Below are positions 25,619 to 38,087 of a stretch of DNA of 64,000 bases, piece by piece (within the stretch, counting starts at the first letter, position 1; the number at the start of each line of letters is the position of its first letter). The DNA lies in contig OX597823.1 in NCBI GenBank assembly GCA_951406725.2, forward strand, positions 104,780,001-104,844,000, read 5' to 3'. The notes under the pieces were generated by a model. That model searched no databases. It was not told the origin of the DNA and saw only the letters and a list, made by a program, of their open reading frames with translations. Origin of the DNA: Octopus vulgaris. Taxonomy: Eukaryota. Position numbers and translations under genes: made by a program.

Positions 25619-26885
25619 AAGGCAGACTTTGGGTTTATAGTTCTCTGCTGAGGCATTGATTTCATTCTTGGTTACAAGATTTCTTCATGTTACAACTAGC
25701 CAATTTGGTATGTTAATCTGGTCTTCTACAGTTCTTTGATGTATGTCTATAAAAAGTCATCGCTTACCACCAGTGGCCAAAGATGAAGTCCTTTCTTGAT
25801 GCCTTCCCATTGTACAGCTTTTCCATGGCTTTGGTGAAAGTTACAACAGCAATCCTCTGGCTTTTCCTGGTGATCTGCATACCATATTCGTGCTTCATTA
25901 TGGCTGGTTACATTGCATTCTGATTAAAGTCTTTCATTTCATTCCAGATCATTCATCAGAATGATTTCAAATCTTGGGAAGGGGCTTTTTCCTTTATGAT
26001 ATTGTTTCCTTTCATCCTCTTCTATGCAGTTTGTGGAATGGTAGCAAACTTGTAGTTTACATAAGTTCTTTCTAATTTTTTCTTCTGAAAGTGAAGTTTT
26101 TCACTCTGAGTCTTCAGTTCATGGGTCAGATTTATTTTCACTCACAATTTGAAGCAGAATCTCTACACATGTTCTTTGACTGATATGTGTGTGTGTATGC
26201 GTGTGCTTGCATGTGTGTGTGTGGGCATGTGTGTGTGCGTGCATGTGTGTATGGGTGTGTGCATGTATGTACGTGTGTTTATGCATATAGATATGTATGC
26301 ATGCGCGTATGTTTGTATGTATTTTGCATGTTCATGTGTTTGTGTGTGCATGTTTGTGTGTTTGTATGTGTGTGTGTGTTTGTATGTGTGAGCTTGTATG
26401 TGTGTGTGTGTATTTGTGTGTGTACCTCTTTCTCCTTGTGTGTGTGTGTGTGTGTTTGAATGTGTCCATATGTATGGGTTTGTGTGACTATGTACGTGCA
26501 TCTATTAGGTATGGATGTGTCTCAATATGTACCCTTGTGTGTGTGCGCATATGGAGTGTGCATGTGTGTATATGGTCATGTGCTTCTGTCTCCTTTTGTG
26601 TATATGTTTGTGTGTGTGTGTGTGTGTCAAAAGAAGTTATTTTATGGCATACTTTCGTTTGAAGAAGCAAAGTTGTCAACTCGACATATATGGGTTCATA
26701 GAATTGTTCGTTAATTTCCATAAAATTCTTGTAATTTCTTTATGCTTTGGAGAGAGCAGAAACTGAAAGAGAGGATGAAGTGAAAAGGCAACATTTGCTT
26801 TGAAGTAAGAGGAGAAAGTAAAAGAGAGGAGAAAGTGAAAGATGCATGTGTATATGAAATGGACGTATGTGTGTAAGTGTGTGTG

Positions 26886-26930
<45 letters not shown>

Positions 26931-27557
26931 GTGAGTGAGTGAGTGAGTGAAGTGGGGGTGTTGTGATGTATGAACTTTTTGCATGTATGTGAAAGTGTCA
27001 CTCACTCCCTCTCTTTCTCTCACACACACATTATCTTTCATATACATGTACATAAATAGGCGGAGGTAAAGAATATGTACACCACCTGTTTTCGGCATAA
27101 CCCTAACCCTAAACACCAGGTGTGCATATTATTTACCTTCACCCATAAATACATATGCATACATCTTTTTTTGTGCGTGAGAAAGAGAGAGAGAGAGTGA
27201 CTGTATTTCTTCATAACATATAAAGAAACGGATGTCTTTTAATGCAATTTTTTATGTTGTGGCTTATTTTAATACAATAGTTATGTGTACATTTTCGTAA
27301 ATGTTTGTCCGAGTAGAATTCTATGAATGTGTGAAACATCAGATGAAAGTGAAACATTAGAAGCAATTTGAAATATTGTCCGAAAATGACCTCAGAATTG
27401 TGCAACCTGCGTAGTTGCTGAGGTTATTTTAGTTGTAAAACGGAGTTGTTGAGTGAATAACATAGTTTATTTGGTAGATAGATAATAAACAGCAGCTATG
27501 TTTCATTATAATTCTCAAAGTTGTCAACGAACTGTCATCCAGATCAGCTGTTTCGAT

Positions 27558-28018
27558 CGTTAATTTCCGTAAAAAGCTTTTATTTATTTACTTTTGCCTT
27601 AAAGTGAAAGAGAGGAGAAAGGGGAAAATGTATGAACGTGTACACGAAATGGACGTGTGTGTGTGTTTGTGTGTATGCGCGTGAGAGAGAGAGAGAGAGT
27701 GTGTGTGAGTGCCACTTACACATAGACGAAAACACATGTTCACTCACTCACTCTCTCCTTCTCTCTCTGTCACACACACACACGCAGATGTATATAGAAG
27801 AAAGATGTATGCATATGTATTGATGTATGTACGTATACATGACAACAAACCCCCTCAGCCACTCTCTCTAACTCCCCTCCTCTCTCTCTGTCTTTCTCTC
27901 TCTCTCTCACCCACACATACGTCCATTTCATATACGCATACATACATCTTTCATATTCTCCTCTCTTTCACTTTAAAACAAAAGTAAATAAATAAAAGTT
28001 TTTAAGGGAAATTAACAA
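27558..28018. mobile_element. MITE-like element with TIRs of about 100 bp
   Basis: gttaatttcc..aaaa.cttttatttattacttttg..ttaaagtgaaagagaggagaa...gaaatggacgt is mirrored at 27915-28018. A further related copy of the left arm lies at 26708-26872. Confidence 0.65.
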
Positions 28019-28703
28019 ACGCAGATGACAGCCCTGCAAGTCAAAACAAACGATCGCCTAAGCAACTTTATTTATCATAATACAAATGTGACTAATTCGG
28101 AGAAACATTACTTTCATTATTCACACATCGTCAGTCTCGTAATTGAACGCTGAAATTTTGGTTGAAATTGAAAGTGTGAAACTATTTTCACTTTCTAATG
28201 AAACCTAGTTGTTATAACATTCAATATTAGCTCGTTTCACTGTTGGTGGGTGAGGTGGGGAAGTCACATACATATACTAAGACACACACATACAGATATA
28301 CATTAACACACACCTCAAGCCTATCTCTGTCTCTATGTGTGTCTTTACATGTGTGTGTATCAGTCATCACAAAAATGTATGTATACTGACAGACACAAAC
28401 GCCGTCACACATATATACTTGTAAGTCATCGGCCTTAACTTACGTAACGAATGTGCGAACACATGTAGAAAATGTGACATCATCGTCGTTGTGGTGGTGG
28501 TAAAAAATGTCTTTTATGATAGATGACTAAAAGAAAAATGATAATCTAAAATTTTTGTAATGCAAATAAGTGAATGAAAATATAGTTTAGTTGGTGGCCA
28601 AAAGTTTACTGAATCTTTTGACATCTGATGTGTCAAAAACGGCAACTCAGTTTTGGAATGCATATGCACACACACACACACATACAAACTCTCTTTTATA
28701 TAT

Positions 28704-28777
<74 letters not shown>

Positions 28778-28782
28778 ACATA

Positions 28783-30038
28783 CGGAGTGTTTGGGCTAAA
28801 TTAAAAAATTTGCTTAAAAGTAAAAGGAATCATAACTCACAATATCCAATCTAAAAATAAAGTATTTTAAGAAATCAAAAAAATATCAACTAAATTAAGG
28901 CTGGGAGATAACAGTTCACTCAAAGTAGCTTCCCTCAGCTTTTAGCATTGTCTCAAGACCGTTCTGAATGTGGCACATGCATTTGTCACTGTGTCCCTGG
29001 AAAGATCTTGAAACACTTTGATCTTGGCCACCATCTAGCCTCGCTGTAGCAGGCAGAGCAATTGGTGTCTTTCTTAATTACGCCCACCCCACACATAGTA
29101 ATCCATGGGATTATGATCAGGGGAATTGGGAGGCCAGAAATTGGGGTTGGTGAAAGGCGGCAAGGTGGCAGAAACGTTAGCATGCTGGACGAAATGCATA
29201 GCGGTATGTCATCTGCCGCTACATTCTGAGTTCAATTCTGCCGAGGTCGACTTTGCATTTCATTCTTTCGGGGTCGATTAAATAAGTATCAGTTACACAC
29301 TGGGGTTGATATAATTGACTTGATCCGTTTGTCTGTCCTTGTTTTTCCTCTCTTTGTTTAGCCCCTTGTGGGTAGTAAAGAAATAGGTATTTCATTTGTC
29401 TTTATGTTCAAATTCCGCTGAGGTCGACTTTGTCTTTCATTCTTTCAGGTTCAATAAATTAAGTACCAGTTATGCACTGGGATCAATGTAATCGACTCAA
29501 TCCCTTTGTCTGTCCTTGTTTATCCCCTCTATGTTTAACCCCTTGTGGGCAATAAAGAAATAAGAAATTGGGGTTGGTGAAGTTGTAGAAATTCTCCCTG
29601 CTGCCATTCATATGATCTTCTAGCAGCATCCCTCTCTGACCCGGAATTGGTCACAGTCTCAAGTAGCTTCACCATTTGAACCACTTGAATTGAGCCTCAA
29701 AGATGCAAGGATGAATTCCAGAGAGTGGATGCTGTCACAATGCCTGCTGAGTCCCTTCCTGCTGGCTATGGCTTTATAGTCTCTGTTGCAGCTGTCTGTG
29801 TCATGTCATAACAACATTTACACTGTTTACAGAGCATTGAGCAGCAGTCACGATGTTGACATTTTGACACCTGGTGCAAATCATCACGATACAGGTAACT
29901 CTTTCCCAATATTCAGACAGCTTCCAGTCCTCTTTGTCAGCTAACTTTTTCTCAACTACAACTTTAATCTTTATGCTCTTCAATACCATTGACTGAAAAA
30001 GGAGACACAAAAATGTCTAATTTATCATGAACACCCTG
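28783..30038 (-). mobile_element. Decayed Tc1/mariner (maT-like) transposon
   Basis: TA-flanked imperfect TIRs (cggagtgtttgggctaaatta / cagggtgttcatgataaatta). Minus strand encodes NPNFWPPNSPDHNPMDYYVW. Confidence 0.7.
29155..29562 (+). mobile_element. SINE family B, Tx1-like tail, internally duplicated, 19-bp TSD
   Basis: TSD agaaattggggttggtgaa at 29136-29154 and 29563-29581. The body and tail are repeated (29155-29385, then 29386-29562). Confidence 0.9.
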
Positions 30039-30044
30039 TATGTA

Positions 30045-30104
30045 TATCTATATCTATCTATCTATCTATCTGTTTATCTATCTATCTATCTTTCTATCTA
30101 TCTG

Positions 30105-30135
<31 letters not shown>

Positions 30136-30221
30136 GCCTATCTGTCTATCTATCTATCTATCTTTCTATCTATCTGCCTATCTGTCTATCTATCTGTCTA
30201 TCTATCTATCTATCTATCTGC

Positions 30222-30275
<54 letters not shown>

Positions 30276-30292
30276 ATCTATCTGCCTATCTG

Positions 30293-30335
<43 letters not shown>

Positions 30336-30344
30336 GCCTATCTG

Positions 30345-30382
<38 letters not shown>

Positions 30383-30389
30383 CTATCTG

Positions 30390-30444
<55 letters not shown>

Positions 30445-30480
30445 GCCTATCTGTCTATCTATCTATCTATCTATCTCTCT
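30045..30480. repeat. (TATC)n array with TGCC/TGTC/TTTC variants (left flank of Tx1)
   Basis: Seen directly. Confidence 0.98.
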
Positions 30481-30699
30481 ATTGACGGATGTGATGTCGT
30501 TTCAGCTCCGAAGGTAATCATTTATTTTGACTATTTAAAAGTGTATATTGACAAACATTTTGTGCTTAAAAGTTGTGCAACAACATCCACTGTAAACCTT
30601 TGATAAATATCGACACAAAATTTTGCCCCTTGTGGGCAAAATTTAAAAGAAAAAATTCTCATAGCCTTCGTGGTTTCATTTAGCCATTTTATTTCCAAA

Positions 30700-32814
30700 A
30701 TGGCCACTGGCCACCACGAGGCTGAGTTGCAAGTCAAGCGTGACGCAGAAACAGAAAAACAGGATGCTCTGTTAGCATACGCCGAACCTGACAACTCCAC
30801 CACCATCAACAGCAACAAATACAAAACAAAGGTCGCAAGGCCAAGCACCGTCAACACCATCAGTGAGTCCACCACCACCACCAACACCATGGCAGAATCT
30901 GCTACTAAAACTGCTATCCCTACTAAAGATATCGCCACCAATAACAACACCAACATCACCATCACCGCCACCAAAGACCGTGCCGTCAATGCTACTAATA
31001 CTACCAACACCACCGCCGTCACCAAGAACGACAATAACAACAACAACAACAACAACGACGACAACAACAATTCCCTTCAACCACTGCTCACTCCATCACC
31101 AACAAGTGAAAAAATAACGACGACAAGCAAACGAAATGTCGAATTTTGCCCTAGTGCAGGACTAAAGTACGCAGGCAATTTTCCACCCCTTCCTACTTGC
31201 ACGATCGAACCAAACACACCAATTTTACAAACTGCAGCCAACAACAACATCACCACAAGCAACAACAATAACAAAACAAAAAAACAACAATATACTTTAC
31301 GGCTCAACAAATACAGGACACGAACATCAAAATAACAGAATCAGAAGGTATAGTAAAAATAAACATACTAGAAGACATTTTGGAAAATGAAAAAAGACGA
31401 ACAATCATTTATAAAATAGTTAACAAAAAACAAAAATCCCAGAGAAGGCCAACACAAGCAAAATAGAGAAGTGCTTGAAACCCATCTGGGATCACAAAGA
31501 ATATGTAACCTGGTGGAACAAATTTGCCCACATACAAGTTGTTTTCTACACCGAAGAGTTAGCTAGACATTTCTCAACGCTAACTCTTCACTCAGATGAA
31601 CTCCAACTTACACCAAGCTATCGGGGACAGAAAGTGACTAAGATCACTCTAAACAATGTCCCCAAAATAGCCAATAGTCTATGGCTTGTAACGGCCTTAT
31701 GCGTAAAAATGGCGAATTATACTATTTTGGAAACCACAGTCACAGAGCATAAAAACTGGGTGGGAAAAAAAATAGAATTTCTTCTACATATACATCATGA
31801 AGATATAAAAAAAATACCCACCCAGATATGTGTATCAGACGACCACAAGTTATATGTGGTCGTCGATGGCAGAAGACCACGTTGCTACATATGCGGCAGT
31901 GAGCAACACCTCAAAAAAGACTGCAAATCTGCCGCAAGAAAACAACAGCAACAACAACAGCAGCCGGAAACAAAAACAAATAAACAAGGTTTACTACCCA
32001 CACCACTTTTTGCAGGAACAAACCTCACCAAACAAACAACCACACCAACTGCAGCACCAAGAACAGAAGCAGCATCACCAACAACAACAACCAAGAATAT
32101 ACCAACACCCAAACCAAGGACATCTGCCAAAAAGACACCCAGCAAAAATGAAGAAACAATTACAACTCCAAATCCCCACAAAATTGAGACCCTAAACAAC
32201 ACAACAATACCCACAATCACTCAAACACAAAATACCCAAACCCCACATCCAAAACCGCATACACCACAACCAAACGCTCACCAACCAACACCAACACAGT
32301 CGACAATAGACCCCAATACTTTCCCTCTTCCAGACTCCGATTCGTCTGATCTGTCATTAGACGAAGAAGACACGGAAGATTGGCAAATAGCCACAGGGGG
32401 GAGAAGAAAAAGGGGAAAAAAAGAAAAGAAAAAATAACAAACAAAGCGGGAAGATACACCACTCCCGAAACAAAAACATCCACAGAAAACACACACATCA
32501 ACACAAACACACCATCATCAAACCCCCCAAAAATGTTGACAGCCATAAACACAAACAACCACGACCTAATGGAACACATTAGGTCAAACACTAACATTAC
32601 TGAAAACGACATAAAAACAAGTAACCACCCACACACAACACCACCACAACACATTAAAATAATACACGTGACACAGAACACATACAGCACCCTGAAATCT
32701 CTTTACCCTGATGCAGTAGGGAGATTTCAAAAGTACTCATCGAAAAAACTGTATAAAAGCCTCATAGAAGAAGACCGTGAGGTGAAAGACAAAGAACTTT
32801 CGAAAAACAAGTAA
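30700..32814 (+). CDS. Tx1 ORF1 (gag-like nucleic-acid-binding protein), split by about 3 frameshifts
   Basis: ATG at 30700. Pieces 30700-31335, 31475-32437 and 32380-32814 can be joined at A-runs. Contains the CCHC knuckle CYICGSEQHLKKDC, T/N/P-rich linkers and a WQIATGGRRKRGKK basic motif. Confidence 0.75.
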
Positions 32815-32856
32815 CCTTTTCTCTCTCCCTTTCCTTTTTTGCACTTTTATCGGAAC

Positions 32857-35800
32857 ATGCTCAGAATAGGTAGTATAAATGTACGTGGCTTGGGGTCGCC
32901 TTGGAAACAAGGCTACCTGTTAAATGACATCAAGTCACTAAATCTGAATATCATAGCCATCAGTGAGACCAGACTCCACAGCTTGCGGGCACTCCAGCAC
33001 ATTTTCGGTACACATTTCAACATTTATTTTTCTCCGTGTCTACCGAGAATGGGCGGAGGTGGCACCGCGGTGCTTATCCGGAAGAGTCTGGATCTCAAAG
33101 TAAGAGCAAATTTCCTAGACCCGGAGGGTAGGCTGGTCGTTTTGGATGTCGATGGCAGCAATGAGTGTGCTTTTCGACTGATAGCAGTTTATGCTCCGTC
33201 CTTAACAGGCCGACCAGATTTCTTTCGACGTCTAGAGTCTTTCATGGGAATGTCTCGTCCTTTACTTTTAGTGGGGGATTGGAATGCCACCCTGGACACG
33301 CATCTAGACTACGTGGGCAGAGATAGCAATAGAAGGGGATGCAAATGCCTCAAAGACCTGCTCAGACGTTTCCAACTGTCTGACAGGTACCGACTGGACC
33401 ACCCGAATGTGCCAATGTGGACATGGAGTAACCGCATCGGGTCGTCCAGATCATACTTAGATAGAGTATTCTGTAGGACAATAGATAAAAATAGTGTAGG
33501 TTGTCCACAATTTCATATAGTCAGTTACACAGATCACAAGTTTGTGACTTGTACACTTGACTTAGATAAGACACATAGGCAGGGTCCTGGTTACTGGAAA
33601 CTGAACGCGTCTTTTACAGCACGACAGGTTTACAGGGACTGGATCAGCACATTAGTTAAGAGAGCTTTGACGGGTACCATCATCAACAACAGATGGTGGT
33701 ATGCCCTAAAAAAGCGATTAAAGCAGAATCAGTCAGATACAGTAGAGCCCTAGCATTAGACCGAAATAGAATAGAGGGAGAATTAGTTAAGGTTTTAGAA
33801 GAGGCACTTAGAACTGGCATCGCGTCCAACGTACTGGCGGCGAGATTGGCCCTCGACCAACACCTCAACGCCAAACACGAGGGATGCGTTGTCAGAGCTA
33901 GGATGCGTGCTCTGAGGAACGAAGGAGTTGGAGCCGCCCAAGAGGCCCGAGTGGTGGAGGCGCAACGAGGCAACAGAGCCACCATCAAGTCTCTTATAGA
34001 TGAACAGGGGTGCGAATTGCTCGAGCCTAAAAGGATGTGTGGGGTTTTTCAACAACACTTCACCCAACTGTTTGGGACAAGTGGTGAGTCAGAAAGCAGA
34101 GTGGACTTTAGTGCCTACCTGCATGCCTTGCCACGACTCTCAGCAAGGGAGGTGGAGTCTTGTGAAAAGCCTATCACAGCTGCGGACGTACAGGATGCGA
34201 TGGTAGGCTGCGCGAGAGACAAGTCACCAGGCTTGGATGGTCTGCCCTACGAATTTTATTTTCATATGCCAGACTTGTTTGGAGGCGTCTTGGCAGCTGT
34301 CTACTGCAACTGGCAGCAGAACGGGAGTATTCCTGCTTTTGTAAAGCGAGGAGCAGTGGCACTGATCAAGAAAGACCCAAACAAGGGGGACGTCATAGAT
34401 AATTTCAGGCCCATCACTCTGCTCAACGCAGATTTGAAAATTTTGGCCAAGGTGTTAGCCGAGAGGTTGGCGCTTGTCATCAAGAAACTAATCGACAAGG
34501 CGCAAACATGCACCGTGCCGGGTAGAAGTATTCATGACAACCTCCATCTGATGCGCTACATCATAGACAGGGTAGTTAAAAATCCTGGCATGGGTGGGGC
34601 GCTGATCAATTTGGATCAATCAAAAGCCTTCGATAGGGTAGACCATCACTACTTGGAGGCTGTCCTCAAAGCGGCTGGTTTCGGTCCAGTTTTCCGCGGT
34701 TGGATCGCTGCCTTATACAGCGGCATCCGCTCAGTAGTTCGCGTAAATGGTCATCTATCCAGACCTTTTAACATCATGCGTTCGGTTCGTCAGGGATGCC
34801 CCCTCCCATCGCTGCTGTATGTACTGACTCTTGAGCCACTACTGCGGAAACTGGCGACGCTGAGGGGCATCCCACGAGAGCTGGGATGCGGGAGGAGCGT
34901 GTCTGCATACGCGGATGACGTCACCGTCATAGTGTCGAGCTACGAGCACATCGAGCTGGTCGGCGAGACACTGAAAGAATACGAAGCGGTAACGGGAGCA
35001 AAAATTAACCGGGAAAAGTCAGTGGGCTTGCGGCTCGGCACCTGGAGAAGCAAGCCCATGCCATCCAACAGCGTCTCCATCTTGGGACGCTGGACGGACG
35101 GACCGGTTAAATTGCTCGGGGTCTGGTTCGGTCCGGACCTCCAAATGGAGAAGAACTGGGGCGAGATAACGACTAGGGTGGCTACTCTCACCCAGAAATG
35201 GACTGAGAGAAAGCTATCCCTAAAAGGTCGGGCGGAGGTGGCGAACGTGTACATCGCATCCGTCATCGAGTATCGTCTGACCGTCGTGCCTTGTCCCGAC
35301 CCTACCATCACCAAACTGGAACGCATACTCTTCCGCTTCTTGTGGAAGGGAAACGTTCCGATGGTTAGGCGATCCATTTGCTGCCAACACCCGCTAAATG
35401 GAGGGCTGGGCATGCCGTGGTTGATGATGCGCAGACATGCGCTGAGACTGCGACATCTCCGGCGCTTCATAGACAACGGTGAACAGGGGTGGTCGCCTTT
35501 TGTGCGGCGCGCTTTCCCGCAGCTCGTCTCCTTGGACGAACTACAGTCATGGATCAAGCAGAGACCGAGGCTAGGCGAATGGCACCGCGAGTGTCGCGTT
35601 GCTCTCAAGCAACTCTGCCGTCCGGGATCGAACTTGTGCGACTCCATCACAACAAAGGCATTCTATAGAGGATTAGTGGAGGGGAGGTGCGACGACGAAC
35701 TCGGGCAGAGTCTGGGCGTCGACGAGGAACACCTGACCCGCCTGTTCAGGACAACTTTCGGGCCGGGACCTATGAACAATCACCAAAGATCCCTGGCCTG

Positions 35801-36292
35801 GCAGTGCTATCGAGAAGCATTACCTGTTCGGGATAAGCTCTACAGACACGGTTCCAGACACACTGGACCGACTTGCCCGAGATGCGGTCAGAGCGACGAA
35901 ACCGTTCTGCACGCACTCGTGCAATGTCCAACCATTTCCGACCTGTGGGCTTATGCCGAACGGCTGCTGTCACGTGTGGGACGAATCCGCCTATCGGCCG
36001 AGTCTATCGTGACAATTGCTCCGCCCCCTTCCCTCAACCGGGAAGGCAAGGCAGTTTTCATCGTACTGGTGGCCATGGTGAAAGAATGTGTGTGGTGGAC
36101 TCGAGCGAAAGGATTAGAGACAAACACTTACCTCTCTGGCCAATCGCTCATCAACTTTTTCAAGTACCACTTGAAAAGGAAGGTGAGAATGGAGAGGGAA
36201 GTTTTGTCTTGCGAAAGATTAAAAAAAGATGGGTGAATGTTGCAAAGATGGTGCGTGCTAGTAACGAAACCATTTTGAGCATGATCCTGTAG
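32857..36292 (+). CDS. Tx1 ORF2: AP endonuclease, reverse transcriptase and C-terminal zinc finger; 2 frameshifts
   Basis: MLRIGSINVRGL, ISET, VGDWN, YLDRV, TDH (APE). GPGYWKLN, KSPGLDG, FRPITLLN, DQSKAFDRV, VRQGCP, YADD (RT). CPRC..ETVLHALVQC. Frame changes at about 33710 and 36222, both at A-runs. Confidence 0.92.
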
Positions 36293-36593
36293 ATCGTAAA
36301 AAAGAAAGAAAGAGAGCATTTTTGACCTCATGTGTTTATTTCCTCCCTGACTGGGGTTCCCGTGGTCTTTTCTGTAGGCTTTTCTTCCCACGGATGAACC
36401 CAATCTTGTTATATCAATGTTTACACCATTATTTCTGTGATACACGATTTTCTTTTTTTTCCTTTTTTTCCTCCTCTCGATCCCTTTTGATCGCAATCTT
36501 ACATTTTTTATTTTTTTCCACCCTCGAAAAGAAAAGCTCTGCATTTGTATTTGTCCCCTCTGTATTCAGCCCTGTGTGGCTAATAAAAGAAAG

Positions 36594-36630
<37 letters not shown>

Positions 36631-36639
36631 GCCTATCTG

Positions 36640-36698
<59 letters not shown>

Positions 36699-36700
36699 GC

Positions 36701-36746
<46 letters not shown>

Positions 36747-36748
36747 GT

Positions 36749-36790
<42 letters not shown>

Positions 36791-36799
36791 GTCTATCTG

Positions 36800-36834
<35 letters not shown>

Positions 36835-36835
36835 G

Positions 36836-36926
<91 letters not shown>

Positions 36927-36943
36927 ATCTATCTGTCTATCTG

Positions 36944-37021
<78 letters not shown>

Positions 37022-37105
37022 CATCCATCCATCCATCCATCCATCCATCCATCCATCCATCCATCCATCCATCTATCCATCTATCTATCTATCTATCTAT
37101 CTATA
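36594..37105. repeat. (TATC)n/(CATC)n array (right flank of Tx1)
   Basis: Seen directly; carries the same TGCC/TGTC variants as the left flank. Confidence 0.98.
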
Positions 37106-37811
37106 TATGTATATGTTGTAAATATGTGTTTGTGTGTTTGTGCATGTGCACGTGTATATGAATGTGAAGATCTTTTGCTGATATATTTCTAAATAGATCA
37201 TACCATATTTCCCTGTGCATAACATGACAAATTTAATGCAAGAAAAAAACAAAAAATTATGGCTATAATTAAAGCGTACCATCATACTTGTGAATTAAGA
37301 AAATAAATGCAGCAACAGGCTTCTGCAAGTGAAGACACTGACAACATTCGCCCTAAGACATCTAATAACTAAAGTATGCACTTCATTGCCTGTAGCTACA
37401 AACTGCAATATTCATTGCTTTTCCATCCAATGACATATTTTAATTCTGTTAGCCTAGAGGTGGTGAGTGGGATTTTATACTCTATTGTTTAAAAGTAATT
37501 ATTTAATTAAAAAAAATAACAGCAAAAAGCAGGAACTCTACCTGTTTTAGTGATTTTTGCGTTTTATATTTTTTCCTTGTGTTTTATGTGTTTTAAAATT
37601 TGTGGTAATATAATGTTGATTTCTTAAAGAAAAAGACAATAGGTATCCCTGTGTGGGTAAGAAGCTTGCTTCTCAACCATATGGTCTTGGGTTCAGTTCC
37701 ACCGTGCAACACCTTGGGCAAATGTTTTCTGCTATAGCCCTGGATCAGCCAAAGCCTTAGAATCCTGTCCTGTGTATATATATATGTGTGTCTGTGTGTG
37801 TGTGTGGGGGG

Positions 37812-37985
37812 GGAGGCAGACTCATAAGTTCCTGGCTTTAAGTGTATTATGAAAGGCCTGGTTGGGGACCCAACATTTCAAGGACTGCTGCAATAAGGGT
37901 GGGGAATATGTTGAAAAAAATAACTGATTCTCTTGTATTTTCTTTTATCCAAAGCCAGGAACCTTTCAGCCCGACCCTCTTGAAT
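37812..37985. mobile_element. Mariner-type MITE
   Basis: TIR core aagttcctggcttt / aaagccaggaac. Homolog at 56240-56455. Confidence 0.65.
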
Positions 37986-38087
37986 GTATATATATATACA
38001 TGTACATACATACATACATACATATATATATATAAACAAATTTAGTAGGGTACCCTATTTAATTTTATATATATATATATACTTATA

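Larger units (their letters stand above)
22800..26160 (-). pseudogene. Old, fragmented R4/Dong-like (restriction-like endonuclease) LINE
   Basis: Minus-strand remnants include DDITHIISSCPKL..RYY (CCHC end), LHYPNYKFTFIPIIIDTFGYV...FQMLSVSGTLKMYKTY (C-terminus) and ISKGEFQRD (RT GIFQGD-like). Interrupted by RTE tails. Confidence 0.6.
30481..36593 (+). mobile_element. Apparently full-length Tx1-type (L1 clade) non-LTR retrotransposon
   Basis: 5' UTR, ORF1 with a zinc knuckle, ORF2 with APE-RT-CCHC, and a T-rich 3' UTR ending aataaaagaaa. Both junctions abut (TATC)n. Confidence 0.93.

Noticed and set aside
30420-30480. Long TSD for the Tx1 element
   Set aside because: The shared tgcctatctgtc variant recurs many times in the array, so a TSD cannot be defined.
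34940-35650. 236-aa antisense ORF in Tx1 ORF2
   Set aside because: Expected shadow of a GC-rich coding strand; no recognisable motifs.
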